Shown: piece by piece, positions 1-17,054 of the stretch | Position numbering within the stretch: the first letter of the stretch is position 1 | Layout of the letters: the number at the start of each line of letters is the position of its first letter | From: the human T2T-CHM13v2.0 reference genome, Homo sapiens | Assembly: GCF_009914755.1 (NCBI RefSeq) | Contig: NC_060932.1 | DNA length: 64,000 bases | Direction: 5' to 3' (one strand) | Translations under genes and position numbers: made by a program | The notes under the pieces: generated by a model | Database searches by the model: none | Seen by the model: the letters and a program-made list of their open reading frames with translations, nothing else | Told to the model about the DNA's origin: nothing

Positions 1-174
1 TCCAACCCGAATACTGCGCTTTTCCGACGGGCTTAAAAAACGGCGCACCACGAGATTATATCCTGCACCTGGCTCGGAGGGTCCTACGCCCACGGAGTCT
101 CGCTGATTGCTAGCACAGCAGTCTGAGATCAAACTGCAAGGCGGCAGCGAGGCTGGGGGAGGGGTGCCCGCCAT
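1..174 (-). CDS. L1 ORF0 (antisense primate-specific ORF), first 58 codons, runs off the window
   Basis: Manual translation from ATG at 174: MAGTPPPASLPPCSLISDCCASNQRDSVGVGPSEPGAGYNLVVRRFLSPSEKRSIRVG. No stop; matches ORF0p as recalled. Confidence 0.85.
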   Translation of the reverse strand, partial: MAGTPPPASLPPCSLISDCCASNQRDSVGVGPSEPGAGYNLVVRRFLSPSEKRSIRVG

Positions 175-320
175 TGCCCAGGCTTGATTAGGTAAACAAA
201 GCAGCCGGGAAGCTCCAACTGGGCGGAGCCCACCACAGCACAAGGATGCCTGCCTGCCTCTGTAGGCTCCACCTATGGGGGCAGGGCACAGACAAACAAA
301 AAGACAGCAGTAACCTCTGC
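120..320 (-). promoter_or_regulatory. L1 antisense promoter region
   Basis: Positional equivalent of L1 5'UTR nt ~400-600 (offset ~278). SOX-type AACAAA sites retained at 195-200 and 295-300. Activity is not shown by the sequence. Confidence 0.6.
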
Positions 321-628
321 AGACTTAAATGTCCCTGTCTGACAGCTTTGAAGAGAGCAGTGGTTCTCCCAGCACGCAGCTGGAGATCTGAGAACGGGCA
401 GACTGCCTCCTCAAGTGGGTCCCTGACCCCTGACCCCTGAGCAGCCTAACTGGGAGGCACCCACCAGCAGGGCACACTGACACCTCACACGGCAGGGTAT
501 TCCAACAGACCTGCAGCTGAGGGTCCTGTCTGTTAGAAGGAAAACTAACAAACAGAAAGGACATCCACACCAAAAACCCATCTGTACATCACCATCATCA
601 GAGACCAAAAGTAGATAAAACCACAAAG

Positions 629-1645
629 ATGGGGAAAAAACAGAACAGAAAAACTGGAAACTCTAAAAAGCAGAGTGCCTCTCCTCCTCCAAAGGAACGC
701 AGTTCCTCACCAGCAACGGAACAAAGCTGGATGGAGAATGACTTTGACGAGCTGAGAGAAGAAGGCTTCAGACGATCAAATTACTCTGAGCTACGGGAGG
801 ACATTCAAACCAAAGGCAAAGAAGTTGAAAACTTTGAAAAAAATTTAGAAGAATGTATAACTAGAATAACCAATACAGAGAAGTGCTTAAAGGAGCTGAT
901 GGAGCTGAAAACCAAGGCTCGAGAACTACGTGAAGAATGCAGAAGCCTCAGGAGCCGATGCGATCAACTGGAAGAAAGGGTATCAGCAATGGAAGATGAA
1001 ATGAATGAAATGAAGCGAGAAGGGAAGTTTAGAGAAAAAAGAATAAAAAGAAATGAGCAAAGCCTCCAAGAAATATGGGACTATGTGAAAAGACCAAATC
1101 TACGTCTGATTGGTGTACCTGAAAGTGATGGGGAGAATGGAACCAAGTTGGAAAACACTCTGCAGGATATTATCCAGGAGAACTTCCCCAACCTAGCAAG
1201 GCAGGCCAACGTTCAGATTCAGGAAATACAGAGAACACCACAAAGATACTCCTCGAGAAGAGCAACTCCAAGAAACATAATTGTCAGATTCACCAAAGTT
1301 GAAATGAAGGAAAAAATGTTAAGGGCAGCCAGAGAGAAAGGTCGGGTTACCCTCAAAGGGAAGCCCATCAGACTAACAGCGGATCTCTCGGCAGAAACCC
1401 TACAAGCCAGAAGAGAGTGGGGGCCAATATTCAACATTCTTAAAGAAAAGAATTTTCAACCCAGAATTTCATATCCAGCCAAACTAAGCTTCATAAGCGA
1501 AGGAGAAATAAAATACTTTACAGACAAGCAAATGCTGAGAGATTTTGTCACCACCAGGCCTGCCCTAAAAGAGCTCCTGAAGGAAGCGCTAAACATGGAA
1601 AGGAACAACCGGTACCAGCCGCTGCAAAATCATGCCAAAATGTAA
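629..1645 (+). CDS. L1 ORF1p RNA-binding/chaperone protein, intact 338 aa
   Basis: Full-length MGKKQNRK...NHAKM; coiled coil, RRM and the REKG, ARR and YPAKLS motifs are present. Confidence 0.95.
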   Translation: MGKKQNRKTGNSKKQSASPPPKERSSSPATEQSWMENDFDELREEGFRRSNYSELREDIQTKGKEVENFEKNLEECITRITNTEKCLKELMELKTKARELREECRSLRSRCDQLEERVSAMEDEMNEMKREGKFREKRIKRNEQSLQEIWDYVKRPNLRLIGVPESDGENGTKLENTLQDIIQENFPNLARQANVQIQEIQRTPQRYSSRRATPRNIIVRFTKVEMKEKMLRAAREKGRVTLKGKPIRLTADLSAETLQARREWGPIFNILKEKNFQPRISYPAKLSFISEGEIKYFTDKQMLRDFVTTRPALKELLKEALNMERNNRYQPLQNHAKM

Positions 1646-1708
1646 AGACCATCAAGACTAGGAAGAAACTGCATCAACTAACGAGCAAAATAACCAGCTA
1701 ACATCATA

Positions 1709-5534
<3,826 letters not shown>

Positions 5535-5777
5535 ACAATGAGATCACATGGACACAGGAAGGGGAATATCACACTCTGGGGACTGTTGTGGGGTGGGGGG
5601 AGGGGGGAGGGATAGCATTGGGAGATATACCTAATGCTAGATGGCAACTTAGTGGGTGCAGTGCACCAGCATGGCACATGTATACATATGTAACTAACCT
5701 GCACAATGTGCACATGTACCCTAAAACTTAAAGTATAATAAAAAAAAAAAAGAAAATGAAAAAAAAAAGTTATATTA

Positions 5778-6028
5778 GGCTGGACGCAGTGGCTCACACC
5801 TGTAATCTTAGCACTTTGGGAGGCTGAGATGGGCGGATTGCCTGAGCTCAGGAGTTTGAGGCTAGCCTGGGCAACACAGTGAAACCCTGTCTCTACTAAA
5901 ATATAAAAAATTAGCCAGGCATAGCAGCGTGCACCTGCAATCCCAGCTACTCGGGAGCCGAGATCATACCACTGCACTCCAGCCTGGGCAACAGAGCAAG
6001 ACTCTGTCTCCAAAAAAAAAAAAAAAAA
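5778..6028 (+). mobile_element. AluS-type element with a ~49-nt right-arm deletion
   Basis: ggctggacgcagtggctcac start, A tail; junction tactcgggag|ccgagatc at 5957/5958. Confidence 0.85.
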
Positions 6029-6780
6029 GCCATTCAAAGATTGTGAAGGCCATGTCTAAATCCTGTGATCCAACAATGTGCCCAGTAAGAGAATAAATGG
6101 ACCTCAAGCGGATGGGCTGATCAAAGAGGGCCAGAATTCACTTGAAAATTCTGAAAGGATCAGAAATTCACCATTACACATGCGAGCAAAAACACCAATT
6201 TTATTTTGAAATGAAATAAAATCATGTAAATGCTAAAAAAAAAATAAAGAAAGAAAACAATACCATAAGGAGTTTGGAGACCTAAATGAATGAGGTCCGC
6301 TTATGAAACTATGATGCAACATGCTAGTAATCCAAAGTGATAGGCTAAGGTGATACTAAGAGGTAATAATAAAGCTTTATTTTGTTTATCTGTATCTAAA
6401 ATGACAAAGCAATCATATAAATGGTTCCTTTAAAAAAAAAAAACTGCCAACCTGTTGTTTGGCAGACATAGTAAATGAAGGTTTTGCTGTTTCTTTATTC
6501 CCCATTTTTTTTGCCTCAGGGTGTATGCACCAACTTTATGATATGTTATTGCAACATTCATTTTGTTTTCAATAATGTCTTCCAAATCCAATGAATATGG
6601 AAAATATTTGTAAGATGTAGGTGATATTTTGGTTTTCTTAATAGAGGGATGGTAGAAACTACCAATTATAATTTTTTTAATGCTGTAGAACCAGAAATAA
6701 AAATATGTAGCATTTTATTTATTTTTCTCAGAAAACGACTTGACTTACAGATGTAGGTACAACTAGAGGGGATATTCTAT

Positions 6781-7077
6781 TTTCCTTTTTTTTTTTTTTG
6801 AAACAGGGTCTCACTTTGTTGCCCAAGGTGGGGTTCAGTGGTATGATGACAGCTCACTGCAGCTTTGACCTTCTGGGTTCAAGCAATCTTCCACCTCATC
6901 TTCCCAAGTAGCTGGGACTACAGGTGTGCTACCACACCCACCTAATTTTTCTATTTTTGTAGAGATGGGGTCTCATTATGTTTCCCAGGCTGGTCTCAAA
7001 CACCTGGGCTCCAGTGATCTTCCTGCCTCAGCCTCCTAAAGTGTTAGGATTATAGGCATGAGCCACTGCACCTGGCC
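6781..7077 (-). mobile_element. AluJ-type element
   Basis: T tail, dimeric Alu; TSD atattctat at 6772-6780 and 7079-7087. Confidence 0.85.
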
Positions 7078-7795
7078 AATATTCTATATTTTCTAATCAG
7101 TAATGCCAATCATACTATTTTATTATTTTAACTTTTTAAGCCATCATTATAAGGTTAAAAGAGCTCACCTTATAATATTTCCTTTCTTACCATTTCCCCA
7201 TAAGCTTATGGGTTATTATAAAATTTACTCATATTTCAAAGTGACCTGAATATAAAACTTACTTTATAGTTCCTGAAGTTAGAATTAACTTTGAAGTTTG
7301 TTCCCCACCCCCTGGAACCTACATGAGGCAAAAATTTAGAGATTTAAAATTAGCCATATACACATTCCCCACAATTAAATAATAGTTGTCAAAATCATGT
7401 GGGAGTTCAACTTCACGTCCTAAGAAACCACGAAAAGAAGATTGTCCTTTCTTCAGTCCGAGTCTAGTTCTGAATATTATACAATAATTAACAGAGGTAG
7501 AGCAACCATAAACTGTACCTGAGTGAATCACATGTTTTTAAATTAGTGAGCAGAAACAAGTGGGCAGAGATAATTGAATACAAATAATTTCTTTTCATAA
7601 AGAATGCTGAAGGTAGATATCACCTTAGTTGAGTCTTTCCTAGCCCTTCTCATCTATCAAAGGATACCCTATACTATTTCTCCTTGAATACTTATGATGC
7701 ATTTTTTTTGGTAATATATGTGTGTCTTTACTAACACAATAGAAACAATGTCTGGTGGCAGGTCCAATAATTACCACGAGTTCAAAGTAGGGTCA

Positions 7796-8141
<346 letters not shown>

Positions 8142-8146
8142 TTATA

Positions 8147-9087
8147 CAGGCTTACCTCAGAGATATTGCAGGTTTGGTTCCAGACCACCACAATAAAGTG
8201 AGTCACACAAAGTCTTTGGTTTCCCAGTGCATACAAAAGTCGTGTTTACACTACACTGTAGTTTATTAAGTATAGTGTAACCTACACTTAATAAACATAC
8301 TGCAATAGCATTATGTTTAAAAATGTTAGACATACTTTAATTAAAAAATATTTTATTACCAAAAATGCTAATTATCATCTGAACCTACACTGAGTCATTT
8401 CTACAATATTCCCAGCATCTTCACAAGAAGAAGATTCCATCTTAAGAAACCCCTTTCTTTGCTCATGGATAAAAAGCAACTCCTCCTCCATTCAAGTTTG
8501 ATCATGAGATGGCAGCAATTCAATGACATCTTCAGGGTCCACTTCTAGTTCTCCTGCTATTTCCACCACATCTGCAGTTACTTCCTACACTAAGTCTTGA
8601 ACCCTTCCAAGTCAACCACGAGGGTTGGAATCAACTTCTTCCAAATTCCTGTGAGGGTGGATATTTTGACTTCCTCCCATGAATTACAAATGTTCTTAAA
8701 GGCATATGGAATGGTGAACCCTTTCCAGAATTTATTTTGGCTAGATCCATCAGAGGAATCACTATTTATGGCAGCTATAGTCTTACAAAATGTATTTTTT
8801 AACTAATATGACTTGAAAGTCAAAACTACTCATTGATCCATAGGCTGCAGAATGGATGTTGTGTTAGTGGGCATGAAAACAACATTCATCTCCTTGTACA
8901 TCTCCATAAGAGCTCTTGGGTGACCAGATGCATTGTCAATGAGCAGTAATATTTTCAGAGGAATGTCTTTTTCTGAGCAGTAGGTCTCAATGGCGGGTTT
9001 AAAATATTAAGTAAACCATGCCATAAACAGATGCGCTGTCATCCAGGCTTAGATGTTCCATTTCTGGAGTACAGGTAAAGTAGATTA
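8147..9087 (-). mobile_element. Tigger1 DNA transposon fossil (3' part with decayed transposase)
   Basis: TA followed by the terminal caggcttacctcagagatattgcaggtttggttccagaccacc; internal sequence resembles Tigger1. Confidence 0.8.
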
Positions 9088-9134
9088 TTGTTATTTTTGG
9101 TTATTGTTTTTGTTGCTGTTGTTGGTTACTGTAG

Positions 9135-11560
9135 CTTTATTTATTTATTTCCACTTTTCTTTTAGATTCAGGGGGTACATGTGCAGATTTGTTAGAAGGG
9201 TATGTTCGCAAGATGCTGAGATTTGGGCTCGTATTGATCCTGTCGTCTAGACAGTGAATATAGTACTCAATAGGCAGTTTTTTTAACTCTTGCCCCCTCC
9301 CTCCTCCAGAGTTCCCAGTGTCTATTGTTCCCAACTATATGTCCATGTATACACAAGATTTTAGCTTCCACTTATAAGTGAGAACATGCAGTATTTGGTT
9401 TTTTGTTTCTGTGTTAATTTGCTTAGGATAACAGTAGCCAGCTGAATCCATTCTGCTGCAAAGGACATGATTTCATTCTTTTTTTATGGCTGCATAATAT
9501 TCTATGGTGTATGCACCATATTTTCTTTATCCAGTCTACTGTTGATGGGCACCTAGATTGACTCCATGTCTTTGCTATTGTGAATAGTGCTGCAATGAAC
9601 ATGTGAGTGCATGCATCTTTTTGGTAGAACAATTTATTTTCCTTTGGGTATATACCCAGTAATGGGATTGCTGGGTGAAATGGTAGTTCTAGTTTTAGTT
9701 TTTTGAGAAATCTCCAAACTGCTTTCCACAGGGGCTGAACAATTTACATCCCCACTAACCATACATAAGTGTTTATTTTTCTCCACAGCCTCACCAGCAT
9801 CTGTTGTTTTTTTACTTTTTAATAATAGCCATTCTGACTGGTATGAGATGGTATCTCATTGTGGTTTTCATTTGCATTTCCCTGATGATTAGTGATGTTC
9901 AGCATTTTTTCCGTGTTTGTTAGCCACTTGAATGTCTTTTGAGAAGTGTCTGTTATATTCTTTGCTCACTTTTCAATGGGATTATTTGGTTTTTGCTTGT
10001 TGATTTGTATACGTTCCTTATAGATTTTGGATATTAGTTCAAAATCTCTAGACTAATACATCTTTGTCAGATGCATAGTTTGCAAGTATTTTTTTCTTTC
10101 TATAGGTTTTTTATTCTGTTGATAGTCTCTTTGGGTGTGCAGAAGCTCTTTAGCTTAATTAGGTCCCATCTGTCAATTTTTATTTTTGTTGCAATTGCTG
10201 TTGAGGACTCAGTCAAAATTCTTTGCCTAGGCCAATTTCCAGAAGGGTATTTCCTAGGTTTTCTTCTCATGCTTTTTATAGTTTGAGAGGTCTTACATTT
10301 AAATATTTAATCCATCTTGAGGTAATTTGTTTATATGGTGAGAGGGAGAGGTGCAGTTTTATTCTTCTGCATTTGGTTAGCCAGTTTTTCCAGAACCATT
10401 TATTGAATAGGAAGTCCTTTCTCCATTGCTTTTGTCGACTTTGTCAAAGATCAGTTGGTTGTAGGTAAGCTGCTTTATTTCTGGGCTCTCTATTATGTTC
10501 CATTGGTCTATATGTCTATTTTTGTACCAGTATCATGCTGTTTTTGTTATTATAGCCTTCTAGTATAGTTTGAAGTTGGGTAAGGTGATGCTTCTGGCTT
10601 TGTTCTTTTTGCTTAAGATTGCTTTGGCTATTCAGGCTCTTTTTTGGTACCATATAAATTTTAGAACAGTTTCTTCTAATTCTGTGGAAAATGACATTGG
10701 TAATTTGATAGGAATAGTATAGAATCTATAGATTGCTTTGGCCAGGATAGACATTTCAACGATGTTGATTCTTCCAATCCATGAACATGGAATATTTTTC
10801 CATTTATTTGGGTCATCTCTGATTTCTTTCAGCAGTATTTTGTAGTTCTCCTTGTAGAGATCTTTCATCTCCTTAGTTAGATGTATTCCTAGGTATTTTA
10901 TTTTTGTGTGTGGTTATTGTAAATGAGATTGTGTTCCTGATTTGGCTCTTAGCTTGAACATTGTTGGTGCATAGAAATGCTATGATTTTTTGTGAATTTT
11001 GTATCTGGAAACTCTACTGAAGTCATTTATCAGGTCAAGGAGCCTTTTGGCAGAGTTGTTAGGGTTTTCTAAGTATAGAGTCATATCGTCAGTGAAGAGA
11101 GATAATTTAACTTCCTCTTTTCCTATTTGGATGCCCTTTATTTCTTTCTCTTGCCTGATTGCTGTGGATAGGACTTTTATGTTGAATAGGAGTGGTTAGA
11201 GTGGGCATTTCTGTCTTGTTCCAGTTCTTAAGGGGAATGCTTCCAGTTTTTGCCCATTTAGCATGATATTGGCTGTGGATTTGTCATAGATGGCTCTTAT
11301 TATTTTGAGGTATGTTCCTTTGGTGCCTAGTTTGTTGAGAGTTTTTTTTTTTGTCATGAAATGATGTTAAATTTTATCAAAAGCTTATTCTACGTCTATT
11401 GAGATGATCATGTCTGTTTTGTTTTTAATGCTGCTTATGTGGTGAATCACATTTACTGATTTGAGTATGTTGAACCAAATTTGCACCCCAGGAATAAAGC
11501 CCATTTGATCATGGTGAATTAATTTTATGGTGTGCTGCTGGATTCAGTTTGCTAGTATTT
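9135..11560 (-). mobile_element. Old primate L1 (L1PA15/16 or L1PB-like), 5'-truncated
   Basis: ORF2-like peptide 10632-10868 (KDLYKENYK...[15 protein letters not shown]) and an old-type 3'UTR. Confidence 0.85.
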
Positions 11561-11574
11561 GTAATGATTTGTAT

Positions 11575-11690
11575 TCGCTTCCTATAGATGAGGAAACTGA
11601 ACCTGAGAGGTTTAAGTTACCTTCTAAATTTCCATCATTACTGGTGGATCCCAGGTCTATTTGACTTCAGAGCTTATCTTCCTTCCAGGA
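11575..11690 (-). mobile_element. MIR fragment
   Basis: Core atagatgaggaaactga. Confidence 0.6.
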
Positions 11691-12047
11691 CCTCATGATT
11701 GATGTTAACTCTTTTCTTACTTCTCTCTGGCTAAATGAAGATCATCAAGAGCGGAGGTTTTGTCCTGTTTTCATTCCTTACTCATCTTTGCATCCCCAAT
11801 AATGGAACTGGATAAGACTGTGCTGCGAAAAATTGTGGTTAAATGTATAATCATAGACTGAGGTGTGGAAAAAGGAAGGGAGATTTATTGAATACCAGTT
11901 AACTTGTTTAATTTCATTTGATAAAATGCATAAATATTTTAGACTATTAGAAATGGCCTATTATTTAAAATATTATTACTGGTTAATGTAGTGTATTAAG
12001 AAACAGTTTCAATACAATTAATGCGTTTGTTCTTAACACCAGTTTAG

Positions 12048-12272
<225 letters not shown>

Positions 12273-12469
12273 TAGAATCAAAAAACCACTTGAAATAGAG
12301 TCATAAACTTATGATGTCTGAAAACCAAGGAAATGCTTATTTTTTCCAGGAATATTTCAATAATGCTCAATATCATTGTGATATTAACTACCACTACAAA
12401 ACTCCACAGTGATATTTGGGATAAACAAAGGATTGAAAGTGTCCATAAAAAGGTTATCATTACAGAGAA

Positions 12470-13005
12470 GAAATGATCCAAGAGAAATAAAGCATATGTT
12501 CACATAAAAACTTGTACACAAATATCCATAGCACCGTTATTCCTAGTGCCCCAAAGTGGAAATGACCAAATGTCTATTGGCTGATGAATGAATAAACAAA
12601 TGTGATACATTTTATATAATGGAAGATTATTCAGCCATAAAAGGGAGTGAAGTACTGGTACATGCTACAACCTAGATGAACTTTGAAAAGTTTATGCTAA
12701 GTGGAAGAATTCAGTAACAAAAGATCACAAATTATATGATTCTATTAATATTAAATGTCCAGAATAACAAATCTGTAGAGACAGAAAATAAATCAGGGGT
12801 TTTCTTAGGGCTGGGATGAATGAGGGGCTTGGGGATGACAGCTAAAGGGTGAGGGGGTTTCTTTTTGAGGTGATAAAATGTTCTAAAATTAATTGTGGTG
12901 ATAGTTGCATAACTTTGTGATATACTAAAAACCGAAAGATTGTACACTTTAAATGAGTGAATTTTATGGTATGTGAATTACATTTCAATAAAGTTGTTAC
13001 TGAAA
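12470..13005 (+). mobile_element. L1MB-like 3' end
   Basis: ORF2 end and 3'UTR signature ending caataaagttgtta. Confidence 0.7.
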
Positions 13006-13680
13006 ATAGAATACTTTAAAAAACACTATAGGTAGATAGAGATATTTGTCCAAAGAAACAAGATACTACAAATGTAGCTATTGCTATTTCAGTCTCTTCT
13101 CCCTCTCAGAGATACGTAATTTTCTGAGGTTGATATATTTAATAAATATATTTCTTCCTTAGATTTTTATTATCTTTATTTTGTTAACTCAATTTTTCCG
13201 TTTTCATCTTGTTCATTTGGACTCTTAACTCATTAGCTTTTTCCCTTTCTTCTTATCTAATAATATATGAAAGTACCACTATACATTTCCCTCTAAGTAC
13301 ACTGTCTGTCTCAGCTTCATGTGTAGTTTGGACGTACATAGTCATTGTCATTTAGTTCTAAATAGTTTCTAATTATCTCATGATTTTCATCTGAGCCTCC
13401 ATATTATTCAAAAGTATGTTTTCTGAAAAAGTTTCTAAGTGAATGAGGTAGTTGGTTATCAACCAAATGAAGTTGGTTACCACTTTAATTATTTCTAATT
13501 TTATTAAATTATTTCTAATTTATTGAGTTTGGGTCAGAAATGTGCTGTGTGTGAATCAACATTTGCTTTATGACCTAATACATGGTATAAACAGAAATTT
13601 GTCTTGTGACCAGGTAGCATGTGATCAAGTTTTATAAGTTTCCATGTATGCTTGAAAAGAAAGTATTTAGTTGTTAACAT

Positions 13681-13772
13681 TATATATATATTCTACATAT
13701 TCTATCATCTATCTATCTATCTATCTCTCTATCTATCTATCTATCCATCCACCCATCCATCCCATCTATCTC
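13681..13772. repeat. Compound (TA)n/(TCTA)n/(TCCA)n microsatellite
   Basis: Seen directly. Confidence 0.85.
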
Positions 13773-16209
13773 CATTAATACATTGCTCAAATCTTCAACA
13801 ATCTTACTAAATTTTGGACTGCTTTGTCTATCAGTTGCCAAGTGAGATATATTAAAAATCTACCACAAATATGGCTTTAGACTTTTTTTCCTTTTAAATC
13901 TGCTGAATTTTGAATTACATATTTTAAGGCTATACTGTTAGGTATGTACAAGTTCAGGATTATTTTATCTCCTCAGTTAATTGTTCCTTTTATCAGTATG
14001 ACTCTTTAATCTCAATAATGTTTTTGTTTTAAAGTCTATTTTATCTGATATTAATATAATATAATCACTCTTTTGATATTTCCTCTTCCTCCATCACTTT
14101 ACTTTCAACATTTCTTTGTCATTACATTTTAGTTGGATCTCTTATATATAGAAAATAACTAGATTTTTTAAACTGAAATTTTCTGTCAAATGGGAAACTT
14201 AGTCCATTTACACTTATTGTGATTGTCAACATAGTTTCATTTATTTCTACTATCTTTTGTGTGTGTCTGTATTTGTAGTTATCTTGGTTTTCCTTTGCAT
14301 CCCAATTTCTTCTTTCCTATATCCTGTTAGAATTGGTTGAGTGTTCTTTATCCCTCCCTCTGCTCTCACTCTTCTGGTTAGGAAGTTATACATCTTATTT
14401 CTATTATTTTAGTAAGTACTGCTATTTTTTTAAACCTTTAATTTTGAAATAATTATGGATTCATAGTAGGTTGCAAATAAATGTATAGGGGGTTCCCAGG
14501 CATATTTCCTCTAACTGCCCTCCCTAAATGTTAACATCTTACACAACTACAGTAAAATATCAAAACCAAGAAACTGGCATTGGTAAATACCTTATTTAGA
14601 TTTCACCAATTATATATGAACCCATTTGTGTGTGTGTGTGTAACCACTGCCACAATCACAATATGCATCTGTACCATCACCATAAGACTCCCTTGTATTA
14701 CCCCGTTATAGATATATCCTCTTTCCCTCACCATTCCTAACCCCTACCAACCACAATCCAATCCATTCTCCATTTCTATGTTATTTCAAAAATATTGTTA
14801 CATACCTAGAATCTAGAAGTATGTGTACTTTTGAAGTTGCCTTTTTTCACTAAGCATAATTTCCCTGAGTCTCATCTAAGCTGTTGGGTCATTCCTTCTC
14901 ATTGCTGAGTAGTATTCCATGGTATGGATATGCCACAGTTTGTTTAATTATTCACTCATTGAATGACTTTTGAGTAGTTTCCAGTTTGGGGCTGTTTTGA
15001 ACAAAGCTTCTATGAACATTCGTGTACAAATTCTACATGAAAATAAATCTTCATTTTCTGGGATAAATGCCCGAAAGTGTAATTGCTGGTTTGTGTGGTA
15101 AGTCCATTTTTAGTTTTGAAAGGAACTGCCAAACTATTTTTCAGAGTTGTACAATTTTACTTTCCCATCAGCAATATATGAGTGATCCAGTTTCTCCACT
15201 AATTTATCTGCATTCTTGACATAAATTGTAAAGTTAATCAATATTTCCAGCCTCCTGAGCATTATAAAAGCTTCCATTTGTTTTAACTACAATCTTTCTT
15301 CTGTCCTATCTCATATGTTGCTGACTAGTGTATCAGTTCTACCTTGTATTTATATCCTCAAACTAGTCATGATTATCATTATTTTTTAACCAGTATTATT
15401 TTTTAGAGCAGTTTTAGGTTCACAGCAAAATTGAGAGGAAGGTACAGATTTCCTATTTTCTCCCTGCTGCCACACATGCACAGCCTTTCCCATTCTCATG
15501 AATCAAGAGTAATACATTTGTTACATTTCATGAGCCTACATTGAAACATCATCATCACCCAAAGTTCATAGTTTACATTAGGGTTCACTGTTAGTTTTTC
15601 ATGCTCTATTGGTTTTGGTAAATGTACAATGACATGTATCCACCATTATAATATCATACAGAATAGTTTCACTGCCCTAAAAATCCTCTGTGCTTGCCTA
15701 TTCATCCCTTCCTACCCACAACCCCTAGCAACCACTGATCTTTTTACTGTCTCTATAGTTTTGTCTTTTCTAAAATATTATATAGTTGGAATCATATAGT
15801 ATGTAGCCTTTTCAGATTCACTTTTTTTGCTTAGTAATATGCATTTCAACTTCTTCTATGTCTTTTCATGGCTTGATAATATTCCATTATCTGGATGTAC
15901 CACAGTTTATCTATTCAGCTACTGAAGGACACCTTGGTTGCTTCCAAATTTTGGTAATTATGAATAAAGCTGCTATAAACATCCATGTGCAGGCTTTTGT
16001 GCAGACATACGTTTTCAGTGCCTGTGGGTAAATACCAAGGTTGCTGAATTGTCTGGTAAGAGAATGTTTAGTTTTGTAAGAAACTGCCAAACTGTCTTCC
16101 AAAGTGGCTATACCTGCATTCCCACTAGCAATGAATAAGAGTTCCTGGTCATTATTATTGTTCCATACAGTCAATGCTTGCCTTACTTATCCATGTTTAC
16201 CCATTTCTT

Positions 16210-16525
16210 TCTTTCTTTTTTTTTTCTTTTCTTTTTTCTTTTTTTTTTGAGACAGTCTCACTCTGTTGCCCAGGCTGAAGTGCAGTTGCGCGATCTTGGC
16301 TCACTGCAACCTCCACCTCCCAGGCTCAACCAATTCTCCTGCCTTAGCCTCCTGAGTAGCTGGAACTAGTGCATGCCACCATGCTCGGCTAATTTTTGTA
16401 TTCTTAGTAGAGACGGGGTTTCACCCTGTTGGCCAGGCTGGTCTTGAACTCCTGACCTGAAGTGATCTGCTCGCCTTGGCCTCCCAAAGTGCTGGGATTA
16501 CAGGCGTGAGCCAGTATACCCAGCC
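16210..16525 (-). mobile_element. AluS-type element with 18-bp TSD
   Basis: TSD catgtttacccatttctt at 16192-16209 and 16526-16543. Confidence 0.92.
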
Positions 16526-16650
16526 CATGTTTACCCATTTCTTGCTCACCACTGTTCTTATTTTAAATAACAGCTCTATTGAGATATAATTTACATTCCA
16601 CAATGTTCAGCCTCTTAAAGTGTACAACTCAATAGTTTTTAATATACTCA

Positions 16651-17054
<404 letters not shown>

